Of a stretch of DNA of 64,000 bases, positions 1 to 13,523 are shown piece by piece. Below the pieces are notes generated by a model, which was not told the DNA's origin, ran no database searches, and saw nothing but the letters and a program-made list of their open reading frames with translations. Every line of letters begins with the position of its first letter. The first letter of the stretch is position 1. Both the position numbers and the translations under genes were made by a program. This stretch comes from Octopus sinensis (Eukaryota): positions 53,816,001 to 53,880,000 of the forward strand of contig NC_043010.1 of assembly GCF_006345805.1 (NCBI RefSeq). The letters are read 5' to 3'.

Positions 1-436
1 TAATAATATAATAATAATGGTAATGATAATAATAATAATGATAATAATAATAGTAATAGTAATAATAATAATAATAATGATATTAATAATGATAATAATA
101 ATAATCATAATAATAATAATAATAGTAATAATAATAATAAGAAGAAGAAGAAGTAGAGGCGGAAGAAGAAGAAGTAGAAGATGGAGAAGTAGAAGAAGAA
201 GATGTAGTAGTAGTAGAAGAAGAAGTAGTAGAAGAAGAAGACGTAGTAGTAGAAGAAGAAGAAGTAAAAGAAGAAGATATAGTAGAAGAAGAAGTAAAAG
301 AAGAAGAAGATATAGTAGAAGAAGATATAGTAGAAGAAGAAGAAGAACAACAACAACAACAAAAACAACAACATCAACAATAATAATGATGATAATAATA
401 ATAACAATATCAATAATAATAATAATGATCGTATAA
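1..436. repeat. Compound trinucleotide microsatellite (AAT)n/(GAA,GTA)n/(AAC)n
   Basis: Visible triplet arrays. They explain the poly-I/poly-R ORFs 17..436 and 105..464. Confidence 0.95.
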
Positions 437-1142
437 AAAGAGCAAAGAGAAACAACAACAGCAAATGAGCTCAGCAGGAACGGAAATGAAAAACAAGGAG
501 GAAAATAATGAAAAAAGCGATGGATGCCAGGAAAGGGAAAAATACACGAAGACAGGGAAGATGGTAAAGGCTATAACAATCAACTACAAAAAAAAAAAAA
601 GACATGCGATTCAGTAGGCTTTTGTTTATGCGTTTCGTTTCTGTTTTTTTTTTTTTTTTTTTGCTTTCTTCTAAAAATCAAACCAAAGTCTTCATATGGG
701 TTCAGGCAAATTTTCTGGCATCAGATATAGAAAGTGGTTGGCACTAATATAACACACAGTTAAATCAAACAAATAGGGAACAAATAAATAGTGTGGGCAA
801 CAACAACAACGACAATAAATACGTAATACGAAAACAAATACGAAAACAAATATATACATATAAACATATATATATACTTAAAGAAAAATTACATTTCGGT
901 AGTTCGTGCTCTTTATTATTATTATTTTTTTTTTTTTTTTTTTGTTTTTTTTTTACTTTTGGGGATTTGTTGCATTTTTATCGGAGTGTATTTAGTAGTG
1001 AAATGGGATGTCAGAAAACTGTAAGGTAATTAAAGTCTCTGAGTCGTTGAATGTGCGATAGAATTGAGTCAAGATGAGAATGGGGAGATTTTTCAATTAA
1101 AACAACGCTGAAATGTAGAAAAATATATACGAAAAAGAAATA

Positions 1143-1150
1143 ATAATAAC

Positions 1151-1236
<86 letters not shown>

Positions 1237-1262
1237 TAATAAATAATGATAATAATAATAAT
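1143..1262. repeat. (AAT)n microsatellite
   Basis: Near-perfect AAT array. Confidence 0.95.
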
Positions 1263-1916
1263 AAAACACAAACAATAAAATAGTTTGAGAGAGAATTTAC
1301 TAAGGGAAAACACGCACGATTTACAGGGAGAATTGGAAAAAAGGGGAAAAAAATAGGTGGATCGAAATGGTAATATAATGAAGATGTCAAGATAATACGT
1401 ATGCAAGGGAGAAGAAAAAAGAAATGAAAGAATTACAGATGGAATAAGACAATACATAACATTAAGTGCATTGAATAGAAATGCATGCAGTGTGTATTAC
1501 ATGCACGTAGTATCACTTTTTTCCTCTTGGTCTCTATCAATATACATGTATAGGTGTGTATGGATGTATATATATGTATAGGCATGGATCCACACACACA
1601 TGCACATACATATGTTAACCATATATATATGGGTGTGTGTACGTGCGTGTCTTTGTGTGTGTATAATGGTACAGGGGATGGGGTAAATGTACGTGATCGC
1701 ATGGTCGTTAGTTCGATAACCTTTATCTGTGGTGGAATAACCTTCTCACCATTGTAGAAAATATTGCACCCTTAGTCGCGTCGCTAGAAAGGAATGGAAA
1801 CTGGAATAAGCTCTACCGAAAGGGAATAGAGATTCGAAACACTCTGTGACTATAAACATCCCCATCAAACACACACGCACCATACACACACACACATGCA
1901 CACACACGCACACACA

Positions 1917-1972
<56 letters not shown>

Positions 1973-1978
1973 GTATAG

Positions 1979-2255
1979 AGGCAGGCGTGGGTGTGTGGTA
2001 AGAAGCTTACGTCCATGGTTCAGTTCCTCTGGCTGCATTTTGGGCTAGTTTCTTCCATTATAGCCACGTCCCGACAAAAGCCTTGTGAGTAGATTTGGAA
2101 GACAGAAACTGAAAAAAGCCCACCATACACACACACATCACACACACACAGACAGACACACAGATACAGATACACACACACACGCACACACGTTTATATT
2201 TATGTGTCTTTGCGTCTGAGTTTGTCCCTCCCACCATCGCTTAACGACCGATGTT
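1979..2255 (+). mobile_element. SINE family S1 (tRNA-like head, CORE-like segment, internal (TA)/(CA) tract), degenerate partial copy
   Basis: gtgtgtggtaagaagctt...ggttcagt...aaagccttgtgagtagatttgg matches the copies at 10543 and 20482. Confidence 0.75.
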
Positions 2256-2269
2256 TTGCACGCCGCAAA

Positions 2270-2450
2270 AAAAAATGGTGGCATTTTGTTCGTCCTTAAA
2301 TTCTGAGTTCAAATTCTACCGAGGTCGACTTTGCCTTCTATCTTTTTGGGTTCAATAAATTAAGTATCGATCGAGAGCTAGCTTCGATGTAATTGACTTA
2401 CACCCCCACCCTAGATCTTGCTGGCGTTATGCCAAAATTTGAAACCAATA
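2270..2450 (+). mobile_element. SINE-like repeat family S2, partial
   Basis: ttctgagttcaaattctaccgaggtcgactttgcc matches the full copies at 4766 and 6254. Confidence 0.75.
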
Positions 2451-4552
2451 ACTGAATATATTTATGTTCATATATTAATCTGAACATTGAAATGTCCATA
2501 TTACTATACTTGTATGAACTCGTTGGCTCTGCCTGATGCAATGATCCATGTCAAACGCTACTTTAATATGATATAGGCTACCTCCACCCTAGTTCATGAT
2601 ACCTAATAATTGCTGTACTTGTGTTATCTGTTTAGTCGCATGTCAATCTCATAGTATAACTGCCGAGATGATCTATGTCCTATAGTTTTTCGATGAAAAC
2701 CTACCGTTTTCTTTTTCAGAATTAGCGTAACTAGAATTATACTAGACAATATGAATCTTAACCCCAATTTGTAGCAGACAGCGCCGGCTTACAAGGTTTT
2801 TAGATAGTACTTACGAATGTTCAACGTGTATGATATTAAAACTTGAACTTTTCGTTGTAAAGAGGTTTTTAATTCAAACTTACCATCAAAATTTTATATT
2901 AATTTACGTACAATACAAGAGTATAAAATAACATAGTTATTTTATAAATTCTTTGGCCACTCGCAGAGCTGCAAAAGTGCAAGCAATACCTTGTGAGAGA
3001 TTCTTAATACCTTATGGGAGTTTCTATCTGGAATATCTAATCGCTGGTACTTTTCATCACCGAAGAACATTTCTCTTTATAAGATACGTTTTCTTAAAAC
3101 ACGTGATTCAGCGGTTCACTTTTGTAAGATTTCAAGACACCCCGGTGTTTCGATCTCGTTGTGTGTTACCATAGACAAAGCCACTCAAAGTCAGACCAAA
3201 GAATGTCATAATAATACGAGCTTTTGTTTAAAGGATTTTGCAGACAGATTATTTGTTGATTTGTGAAGATGTTAGGCAAACTGGCCATAAGTCACGTGGT
3301 GAAAATTCTGGACAGAAATATATGTTAACAAAAGGATGAAGCTTGTTGGAGCCTTTGTGAACATAAGCATATTCTGAATGGTTAAGAAGTTCGCTTCACA
3401 ATCATTACAGTATCATTGCATGACACTGGGACGTTTTTTTTACCATTGCTTCAGAATGAACTAAGATTTGTGAGTGAGGTCTGTATGAAAGTCTGTCGAT
3501 GGAGTCTGTTTTGTATTTTAATGTACACCCTTGCCAGTTAATGAGTCCTGCTGATTCTATCAGAAAATTATATTACTGATGTGTTTGTAGAAACCCTAAC
3601 CACTTACACGTTAATTCAATGAGCAGAAAATTTAGTTGATCAAACAAACTACTTGTCGTCGAACGAGACGGAAATCCATTTAATATCTTCTTGAGCAAGT
3701 GTATCATTAGATTACAATGGCTATTTCAAATACTCTCAAGCGAATATCATGATGTTGGACACATTTCGACATCGCTAATTCACTATATATAAATAGCGTT
3801 TCCAAACAGAATTTCTCTCTCGTAACGAACTGTGGGAGATTATCTCATCAACACATTGTTAGCGTACAAAATAATTTAATAAGAAAATAAATAAATAAAC
3901 GAATAAATGAATACAGAGAATTATTGGTGCCGAAATATTTAACAAGTAATCGAAATCTTTATGGTGCGAGTTATATTCAGTAACATCACAGACATTGAGG
4001 CACATATAAAACGTCAGTTAATTGTCTTTTATAGATATTCATATGAATAAAATACATATTCCATTTCTTTTTATTTTTTTTTTCACTTTTAACAATCGAC
4101 GTTCTATCAACTCAATTCATGCAGGAATTATGAAACTAATGAGAAACATTAAACACGTGAAAACGGTAAGAAGAATGAAAAAAATGAAAAAAATCAAACT
4201 TAGAAATAATAAACCAAAGGGGTAAAAGAAAGAAATAATCGAATATGAATACATTTGAACAATGCTGCATATAATTGTCTCCTCTCTCTCTCTATATATT
4301 TTTTCTGAATTTTTATATTTCTGTTTTTGTTGTTGCTGTTACATTTGAACTTCTGTGAACAATGCTGTTTCTTGTTTTGTGAAGAACAACTTTGGTGGTA
4401 TTAAAATTAGCGTCTATTTTGGAAATATTTGTAATGCGTTATATTGATTTCTAATTTTGGTACAAGGCCAACCAGAAATTCTTGAGGAAATGGATGTTAT
4501 CTAAAAACAAACAATCAAGCTATATCGCAATTGCCTCCGGAAGAAGGTCGTA

Positions 4553-4608
4553 CTAAGAAAATGCAACGGATCCATGGAAGATGAGGCATTTCAGCACTTT
4601 AGCTGCAC
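4553..4608 (-). CDS. Candidate short terminal exon, (G)AAKVLKCLIFHGSVAFS*, product unknown
   Basis: Good acceptor (ttatcttctcttatag|G). This frame stays open longest (17 codons, then TAG); the other two stop within 5 codons. No homology recognised. Confidence 0.15.
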
Positions 4609-4765
4609 CTATAAGAGAAGATAACTCAATACAAATTTTCCATCCTCAAACCTACTAGGCTCGTTGGAATTGTTGCGCCAAACCAATACAGGTTTGAAGG
4701 AAAAGGGAGTGGAGCTGGTTCCGCGTAATCTCCTCTTCACTTTAATAGTATTCATCGTGCTTTGG

Positions 4766-4996
4766 AGGCGGCGAGCTGACAGAAACGTTAGCACGCCGGG
4801 CGAAATCATTGGCGGTATTTCCTCTGCCGCTACGTCCTGAGTTCAAATTCCGCCGAGGTCGACTTTCTCTTTCATCCTTTCGGGGTCGATAAATTAAGTA
4901 CCAGTTACGCACTGGGGTCGATATAATCATCTTAATCTGTTTGCCTGTCTTTGTTTGTCCCCTTTGTATGTAGCCCCTTGTGGGTAGTAAAGAAAT
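4766..4996 (+). mobile_element. SINE-like repeat family S2, full length (~230 bp)
   Basis: aggcggcgagctg.cagaaacgttagc...gagttcaaattcc (B-box-like)...gccccttgtgggtagtaaagaaata. At least 12 related copies or fragments in the window. Confidence 0.9.
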
Positions 4997-5738
4997 AATA
5001 TTCCTCGTGCTGCATGTTTAGCGAATCAAGACACGAGCACCAACATCATGACACACTCTTCATAAGTTTAGTGACGGTAGGCTAAGACGTAACTGGAACT
5101 GGTAGAGTGTGCTACTTAAATTATTCAGCTTTGGCCCTGGAGACATGTGGCCATATAGTGACTGATTTACTGGGTATTCATGTTACGAATCGACGACAGA
5201 ATAAACATAAAAAGAAACCAAATCAGATCCAATAATTTGTCTGACACTTTAAGTTAACTAGCCCAGGAGCAGAAAAAGGTAATGTTCATCTCGGCGAGAT
5301 TTCATCTCTGTAAAAGTCTGGAACCAATATCTGTAATGCAAACAAGTATAGAATCATTGTTGTTCTCAACGTTATCGATTAAAACCCATATCAGCTCTGA
5401 CCCAGACACTCTAGTCGAAAACATTTCACCTTTCCCTATATTGATTAGCATCAATTCTTACTCATCTAATTCACTAATTACGTCTCTGAAATATATTTGT
5501 CCTATACACTTTACTTTCAATTCACAATAGCTGATCGGAATTTGTCAATGTTGACCAGATTGACAGCATCTATCATAAACATATGTATATGTAGCCAATT
5601 ACACTTAACATCAGGTAACCTCTGCAGTATATACCAAGAAACCTGCTGAAAACATGAATGACTCGCTGACATATGACAATATCACAACTGCTACATAAGA
5701 GATATCCCAACAATATTCGTATAGGCGAACACATACAT

Positions 5739-5807
<69 letters not shown>

Positions 5808-5848
5808 ATATGTATAAGGGTGAAAAAGGAACACACGTGTTGATATAT

Positions 5849-5990
5849 ATGAAAAAACAAGTCAAGATAGAAAATGCTAAAATAATTTTATAAAGAACAT
5901 TTCAGTACCGGTCTGAAAATGACCGAACCGGTACTGAAATGTTCTTTATAAAATTATTTTAGCATTTTCTATCTTGACTTGTTTTTTCAT
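5849..5990. repeat. Perfect palindrome (64-bp arms, 14-nt loop) derived from a Penelope pseudo-LTR, containing the 3' half of a hammerhead
   Basis: 5849-5912 is the reverse complement of 5927-5990. The right arm is homologous to 25186-25250 at the 3' end of the PLE. Confidence 0.9.
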
Positions 5991-6150
5991 ATATATATAT
6001 ATATATATAATATATATATATAATTGAAAAATAGGATAAAATATTTATCAGAATTTATCTAGTTAGCGTGAAAAACCTCATAAGGAAAAAAATCCATCAA
6101 TTTTTCTTCTTAAATATATTCATTTATATTGAGGGCATTCCTAGACATAA

Positions 6151-6217
6151 GCCACACGCTAGCAGGGACTCTTGACTTTAAGAGTTTTGACGTCAAGAGT
6201 CCCTCCTAGCGTGTGGC
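6151..6217. other. GC-rich hairpin (26-bp stem, 15-nt loop)
   Basis: gccacacgctagcagggactcttgac pairs with gtcaagagtccctcctagcgtgtggc, with one mismatch. Confidence 0.8.
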
Positions 6218-6253
6218 ATTTATGTATAGTAATGCTATATATATATAAATATG

Positions 6254-6485
6254 AGGCGGCGAGCTGGCAGAAACGTTAGCACGTCGGGCGAAATGCGTAG
6301 CCGTATTTCGTCTGCCGTTACGTCCTGAGTTCAAATTCCGCCGAGGTCGACTTTGCCTTTCATCCTTTCGGGGTCGATCAAATAAGTACCAGTTACCCAC
6401 TGGGGTCGATGTAATCGACTTAATCCGTTTGTCTGTCCTTGTTTGTCCCCTCTGTGTTTAGCCCCTTGTGGGTAGTAAAGAAATA
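6254..6485 (+). mobile_element. SINE-like repeat family S2, full length
   Basis: Close match to 4766-4996. Confidence 0.9.
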
Positions 6486-6580
<95 letters not shown>

Positions 6581-7062
6581 GTGTGTGTGTGTGTGTGTGT
6601 GTGTGTTCACCTTCAAAACACAACAACAGATTTATTTCCGGAAATAAATTGGTGAGAAAACTACTCTGATCTCTAAATGTAATCTATCTGAATCTAATTT
6701 AACTTGGTTAATAATAGACTAATTTTCGATGATATATACTCAAGCCTAAGTGTGTTGGGTATAGGAATAGCATATATTAAACCGACACATAAAATCAGGT
6801 CAAATTCTTTTTTCGTCTTGTTTTATATAAATTTGAGAGCTAATTTTCAGATAAAAGAAATTAAAAGGTCTTTTTCTGTAAAGACACATTTTTATCTAGT
6901 CACTTTTATAGTTTCATGGATCCTCTTTCAAAATCCGGATTAACGATACATTAGAGTATATTTCTAAATAAAGTGCAATCGTTCAGTTATTTTTCCAAGG
7001 TAAGTTTTGTATAATTAAAATCACCTCAAATTTTCTATGAATTGTACTGACATAATATATCC

Positions 7063-7106
<44 letters not shown>

Positions 7107-7235
7107 GACACACATACATGTATATGTACATAAATATATTCAAATAAATATAAATATGTATGTCCCTATATATATGTATATATTCATATACGTATATACA
7201 CATACATACATACATACATACTTACATACATACTT

Positions 7236-7277
<42 letters not shown>

Positions 7278-7612
7278 ACATATATATATATATATATAGG
7301 TATGCATGTATATGTAAATGTCGAACGATGAGTGTGTGCTCAACACAGCATTGGTGCACAGCACGGTTTTTATACTTGCTACCATTATTTGCTTTTATTA
7401 AGGCTACCATTGGTTTCATGCGCAGAAAAATATCTTAATATTTTAAATTTTCAAACCGATAACACGGAAGAATGGTGTTTGTCTAGACATATAATTATGG
7501 ATATTTACATATATATATATACACATACATATATATAACTATCCCTCTCTCTATATATTTTATCTATCTGTCTATGTATCTCTCTCTGTCTCTCATTCTC
7601 TCTGTTTGTATG

Positions 7613-7660
<48 letters not shown>

Positions 7661-8246
7661 TATATATATGCATGAACGTACAGATATAGATAGATTGATA
7701 CTTAGAAAGAGAGAAAACCTTTTAGAGAGTATGTATGGTATGTTTATAGCCAAACATAGGAAATAGTGATAAATTGGTATATTGCCGGCTTGTTTTGGTT
7801 GTATAATTAACTAATTTATTATCGGATATTTAGAGAAAGAAAGAAAAGAAGGAGAAAATGTGAATCTCACGTGATGGTTCTCTTTTAGAAATTATAGATA
7901 TTTCAATTAAACATCACAAATCTTTTGTTTCTACGTCGTTTTTATTTTTCTCATTGTGTACGGCTGTGTGTAAAGTCGTTATAATATTACGATGGTTGGT
8001 GCTGTCATCTATTGTTAGAAGTGATCGTACCGATTTATGGAGCAAAAGCTGCTGACTAGGAGCAAGCTCATTGAGCTGTCGTTCGGAACGATCCAGTTGA
8101 GTGTTTTTATATCTTCCGTTATTGTTTCGATTTTGTTACTACGGTCATATTGGGGAACCTCCTTGACATTTTAGTCGAACGAATCGCCCCACAGAAATAT
8201 TATTTCTTTTGTTCATTAAACATAGGAGTTACTCTAGTGCCTTTTT

Positions 8247-8383
8247 CTTGCTAACCAACCACATGGTTCCGGGTTCAGTCCCACTGCGTGGCATCTTGGG
8301 CAAGTGTCTTCTGCTATAGCCCCGGGCCGACCAATGCCTTGTGAGTGGATTTGGTAGACGGAAACTGAAAGAAGCATGTCTGA

Positions 8384-8434
<51 letters not shown>

Positions 8435-8650
8435 CTGTGTTTGTGTGTCTGTGTTTGTACCCCTAGCATTGCTTGACAACCGATGCTGGTGTGCTTACGT
8501 CCCCGTCACTTAGCGGTTCGGCAAAAAGTGACCGATAGAATAAGTACTGGGCTTACAAAGAATAAGTCCCGGGGTCGATTTGCTCGACCAAAGGCGGTGC
8601 TCCAGCATGGCCGCAGTCAAATGACTGAAACAAGTAAAAGAGTAAAGAGT
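8247..8650 (+). mobile_element. SINE family S1, 5'-clipped
   Basis: ccgggttcagtcccactgcgtggcatcttgggcaagtgtcttc, internal (TA)n, and 3' body ending atgactgaaacaagtaaaag. Confidence 0.9.
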
Positions 8651-9122
8651 GAAGAGTATAGATTAGCTGTGTTTTATATAGCTGTAATAACTGGCGAGGT
8701 GTAATTTATCAGTTCTTAAAATATCCGCCATACCAAACTATTCATTTTTATACATAGTAATTCTCGTCTTAGCGGATATTACATTGCTTCCTGGGTGTAT
8801 ATAAGTTTTAGTGTGTTCTACTGTTGACAATTCAATACCGATTCTTTTATATGCCTTAAGCCTTTGTCTCAAAACTGGTTTCGTCAAACAAAATCATCTG
8901 CATAAGTTTCCTTGCACTTGATTATAGATATGTGCTTAACAAATACATACATGCTTAAACACACACACACACACACACACCTGTGTGTGTGGATATGGGA
9001 TTTAAAGCACCAGTAAGTATTGATACAGTTAAATACTGTGTTGCCGTTTAATTATACGCCAATAACTGAGATCCTGAATATCGCAGAAGGCTTAAATGTT
9101 CTCTGTAAGAACACCATATATT

Positions 9123-9302
<180 letters not shown>

Positions 9303-10542
9303 TCGAATTGAGATTTGATTATATAGTTATGAGGTACTTTGGTATTTTAAAAGTCCTTGAAGTTAACGAATTGCTCTTACGGTTGCTCGTTGACGACTAA
9401 TCATCGTCTCTGGAATGATTTTGTGTCACATATTTTTTTTATAACTGTAAAAATCGTAAACTGTTAATGTCACATTACAATCTTTAGCTACTTTACATCT
9501 TGTATGGTATTTCGCTCCGAGCCTTTATTAAATTCTATATAAAATATTTGAATTTTCAATTACAATGTCTACCGAAGATTTTTGCTTGTCTCGTGTAAAA
9601 AGACTTATTGGATTGTCTCATGTTTGAATTATACATATTTAACACACTGCAAATAGACGTCCATATATATCCAGTCTGTCGGTTACAATCATGAATTTTT
9701 CATATTCCAATTTTACGTCTGAATTTTCAAAATCATATTAGCTGTCTGAAATTCATTACACAACGGATTACAGGTTTGGGATGTGTTGCTTCTTATAATT
9801 TTATAATTTTTTAAAGATTTTGTTTGTGATTTTAATATTGTGTTATAAGTTGTAAAGTTCACATGACTAATCTAATTTTCAAATTCAGCGGCAGACGTCG
9901 CAAACATGTAAACATCGTGATTATAAATTTTACATTGGAGATATAAATATAAGATTTGTCTCAACTTCTGAACATGAATGTAGATCAAAATTACGAACTT
10001 GTAAAACATTAAATCATCTTAAACAAAATATCAGCTGGTATAAAATATTAGTTTCAAGTAATAAGCTATTTCAATAACTCATACTGGTTTAATATTTATT
10101 TAGTTGTGTGTTTTACGATCTGTCTGGAGAATTAGAAAAAGCTTTTCATAGACGTTTCATATATGGCGTACATAGCGTAGATATCCACCAGATTGGAAAC
10201 GTTCCTCTGCGCTCTGATTTCAAACTATACCGAAAAATTTTTACATTGGAGTTGATGATGATCTATTAGTACAGTACTCTGACTGATTCTCTTTCTGCTT
10301 CTTTCATTTTCTCTGTAGATATATGCCCGCATTTCAAGTGTCCACCATTATCAGAATGCAACACACAGAATTTTGCTCAGGAATATGTTAAAGTTTTATT
10401 CGTCCCAGCATTAAGCATGGATATCCAGTTATGCTAAAAGTATGTGCTTAACAAATAATTGAATCGTTATTAACAAGAATGATGGAGAATCAACTGTTAG
10501 AATTTAGTAATATAATAAACATATAATAGTAATATAATAAAC

Positions 10543-10718
10543 AGGCGCAGGAGTGGTTGTGTGGTAAGTAGCTTGCTTACCAACCACATGGTTTCGGGTT
10601 CAGTCCCACTGCGTGGCTCCTTGGGGAAGTGTCTTCTACTATAGCCTCGGGCCGACCAAAGCCTTGTGAGTGGATTTGGTAGACGGAAACTGAAAGAAGC
10701 CCGTCGTATATATATATG

Positions 10719-10785
<67 letters not shown>

Positions 10786-10932
10786 TTGTGTGTCTGTGTG
10801 TGTGTGTGTTTGTCCCCCAAACATCGCTTGACAACAAATGCTGGTGTGTTTACGTCCCTGTAACTTAGCAGTTCGGCAAAAGAACCCGATAGAATAAGTA
10901 CTGGGCTTACAAAGATGACTGAAACAAGTAAA
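10543..10932 (+). mobile_element. SINE family S1, near full length
   Basis: A-box-like tggttgtgtggta, B-box-like ggttcagtccc, CORE-like ccttggggaagtgtctt, internal (TA)n(TG)n. Confidence 0.9.
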
Positions 10933-11034
10933 ACAGTAAAATAGTATATAATAATCACACATACAGACATTCAAATACTTCCCTTGTACACGCACACACA
11001 TACACACATATATTCACGCAAAGTTGAAGCGCTG

Positions 11035-12410
11035 ATTTGATCTTTTTCGGCACCCTCTTTGATCTCTGTCGGCACACCTCTTTGATCTCTGTCGGTAGCC
11101 CTCTTTGATATCTGTCAGCACCATCTTTGATCTCCGTCGGCACCATCTTTGATCTCTTTCGGCACCCTCTTTGATCTCTGTCGGCACCCTCTTTGATCCC
11201 TGTCGGCACCCTCTTTGATCTCTTTCAGCACCCTTTTGATCTCTTTTGGCACCCTATTTGATCTCTTTCGGCAGAGATCAAAGAGGGATGCCGACAGAGA
11301 TCAAAGAGGGGTGCCGATAGAGATCAAAGAGGGTGCCGACAAAGATCAAAGAGGGGTGCCGACATAGATCAAATAGAGTGCCGACAGGGATCAAAGAGGG
11401 TGCCGACAGAGATCAAAGAGGGGTGCCGATAGAGATCAAAGAGGGTGCCGACAGAGATCAAAGAGGGTGCCGACAGAGATCAAAGAGGGTGCCGAGAAAG
11501 ATCAAAGAGGGGTGCCGACAAAGATCAAAGAGGGTGCCGACAAAGATCAAAGAGGGTGCCGACAGAGATCAAAGAGGGTGCCGACAAAGATCAAAGAGGG
11601 TGCCGACAAAGATCAAATAGGGGTGCCGATAGAGATCAAAGAGGGGTGCCGATAGAGATCAAAGAGGGTGCCGACAGAGATCAAAGGGGGTGCCGACAGA
11701 GATCAAAGAGGGTGCCGACAAAGATCAAAGAGGAGTGCCGACATAGATCAAAGAGGGGTTCCGACAGAGATCAAAGAGGGTGCCGACAAAGATCAAAGAG
11801 GCGTGCCGACAGAGATCAAAGAGGGGTTCCGACAGAGATCAAAGAGGGTGCCGACAGAGATCAAAGAGGGGTTCCGACAGAGATCAAAGAGGGTGCCGAC
11901 AGAGATCAAAGAGGGTGCCGACAAAGATCAAAGAGGGGTGCCGACAGAGATCAAAGAGGGTACCGACGGATATCAAAGATGGGTGCCGATAGAGATCAAA
12001 GAGGGTGCCGACAGAGATCAAAGAGGGGTGCCGACAGAGATCAAAGGGGGTGCCGACAGAGATCAAAGGGGGGTGTCGAGAGAGATCAAAGGGAGTGCCG
12101 ACAGAGATCAAAGGGGTGCCGACAGAGATCAAAGAGGGTGCCGACAAAGATCAAAGAGGGGTGTCGACAGAGATCAAAGAGGGGTGCCGATAGAGATCAA
12201 AGAGGGTGCCGACAGAGATCAAAGAGGGTACCGACAGAGATCAAAGGGGTGCCGACAGAGATCAAAGGGGGTTGCTGAGAGAGATCAAAGAGGTTGCGGA
12301 AAGAGATCAAAGAGGGTGCCGACAGAGATCAAAGAGGGTGCCGACAGAGATCAAAAAGGGGGCCGACAGAGATCAAAGAGGGTGCCGACAGAGATCAAAG
12401 GGCATGTTGC
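11035..12410. repeat. 22-bp minisatellite (gccgacagagatcaaagagggt; 21-23-bp variants) with an orientation switch at ~11271
   Basis: About 10 units read ctctttgatctctgtcggcacc (11035-11271), then about 50 units in the opposite orientation. The 22-nt period explains the PTEIKEG/ADRDQRG/CRQRSKRV ORFs. Confidence 0.95.
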
Positions 12411-12671
12411 TGCGAAACGATCGTAATCTTACGGATATTAACTGGTGAAACACATATATTCAACACAAACCGCCTGATTTTCCTTATTTTATTGTATACA
12501 CACACATGGTTGTGTGTGTGTGTGTGTGTGTGCCCGTGCGGCTGTGTGTGTATAGGTGTGTGTATATACACATGTGATGCATGTCAGAACGATATCTCAA
12601 CATCAAATATAATTTGAGAGTAAAATTTTAATACAGTTCGTCAAAATTTTTCTGTATACTATTATAAGTAA

Positions 12672-13005
12672 TTGTTGACCCCCTTCGGTCACGACACTGA
12701 CCATGGGATTGCACCTAGAAAGTTACCCTCCTAGTCACAAGTCTGGGCTAGGTGGTTTATGGAAGACCAGCAGTCGCCCATGCATACCGGCCTCCCTTCT
12801 CCACGTCACCAGTGTTATCCAAGGGAAAGGCAACGGCCGATACAGCTTGGCACCTGTGACGTCGCAACTCATTTCCACAGCTGAGTGAACTGGAGCAACG
12901 TGAAATAAAATGTCTTGCTCAAGAACACAACACGTAGCCCGGTCTGGGATTCGAGCTTACAACCTCACGATCGTAAGCTCGATGCTCTAACCATTGAGCC
13001 ATGCG
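12672..13005 (-). mobile_element. tRNA-derived SINE (head A + CORE-like segment + tail Y)
   Basis: Minus strand reads gcgcatggctcaatggttagagc...gctcgaatccc (A/B boxes), then gttcttgagcaagacattttatttcacgttgctccagttcactcagctg, which is shared with 37334. Confidence 0.85.
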
Positions 13006-13523
13006 CACAGTCTTCTGTGATGACAGATTTCCTGGCAATGGGTACCACAATTGCAGGAGACTATTATGCTTCACTTTTGAGGAAATTAAGAGAAGTTATC
13101 AAAATCAAGAGGCGGGGCAAGATCAGCAAAGGCATCCTCCTCCTGCAGGACAACGCTCCGGTCCACAACTCGCTTGTCGCCAGATCAGAAGCACAGGCGT
13201 ATGGATATGAACTCCTCCCCCATTTCCCCTACTTTCCTGACCTTGCACCCTCTGATTTTCACCTCTTCCCACTCATGAAGCTGTTTTTGAAAGGAAAGCG
13301 TTTCCCAGATGATGCAGACTTGACTTCTGAAGTCGCGTTCAGGTTGGAGGAACAAGCTGGGGTCTTCTACAAAAACAGTCTCCAGAGCTGCATCAAACAA
13401 TGGGAGAAATGCGTAACTCTGTGTGGTTCCTATGTAGGAAAAGACTAATAACTGTGCCAAGTTTCGTTGCTCTAATGTTATGGGAAGTGGGTCAGGGGCA
13501 TTACTTATTGAACGCCCCTCGTA
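13006..13523 (+). mobile_element. Mariner (DD34D) transposon 3' half with terminal inverted repeat
   Basis: ORF 12915-13448 contains LLQDNAPVH...HFPYFPDLAPSDFHLF with exactly 34 aa between the 2nd and 3rd Asp. It ends ttacttattgaacgcccctcg + TA. The 5' part is replaced by a SINE. Confidence 0.95.

Noticed and set aside
11035-12410. CRISPR array or repeat-protein CDS (277 aa / 252 aa ORFs)
   Set aside because: Units are directly adjacent with no unique spacers and there are no cas genes. Unit-length variants shift frame freely, which argues against coding constraint.
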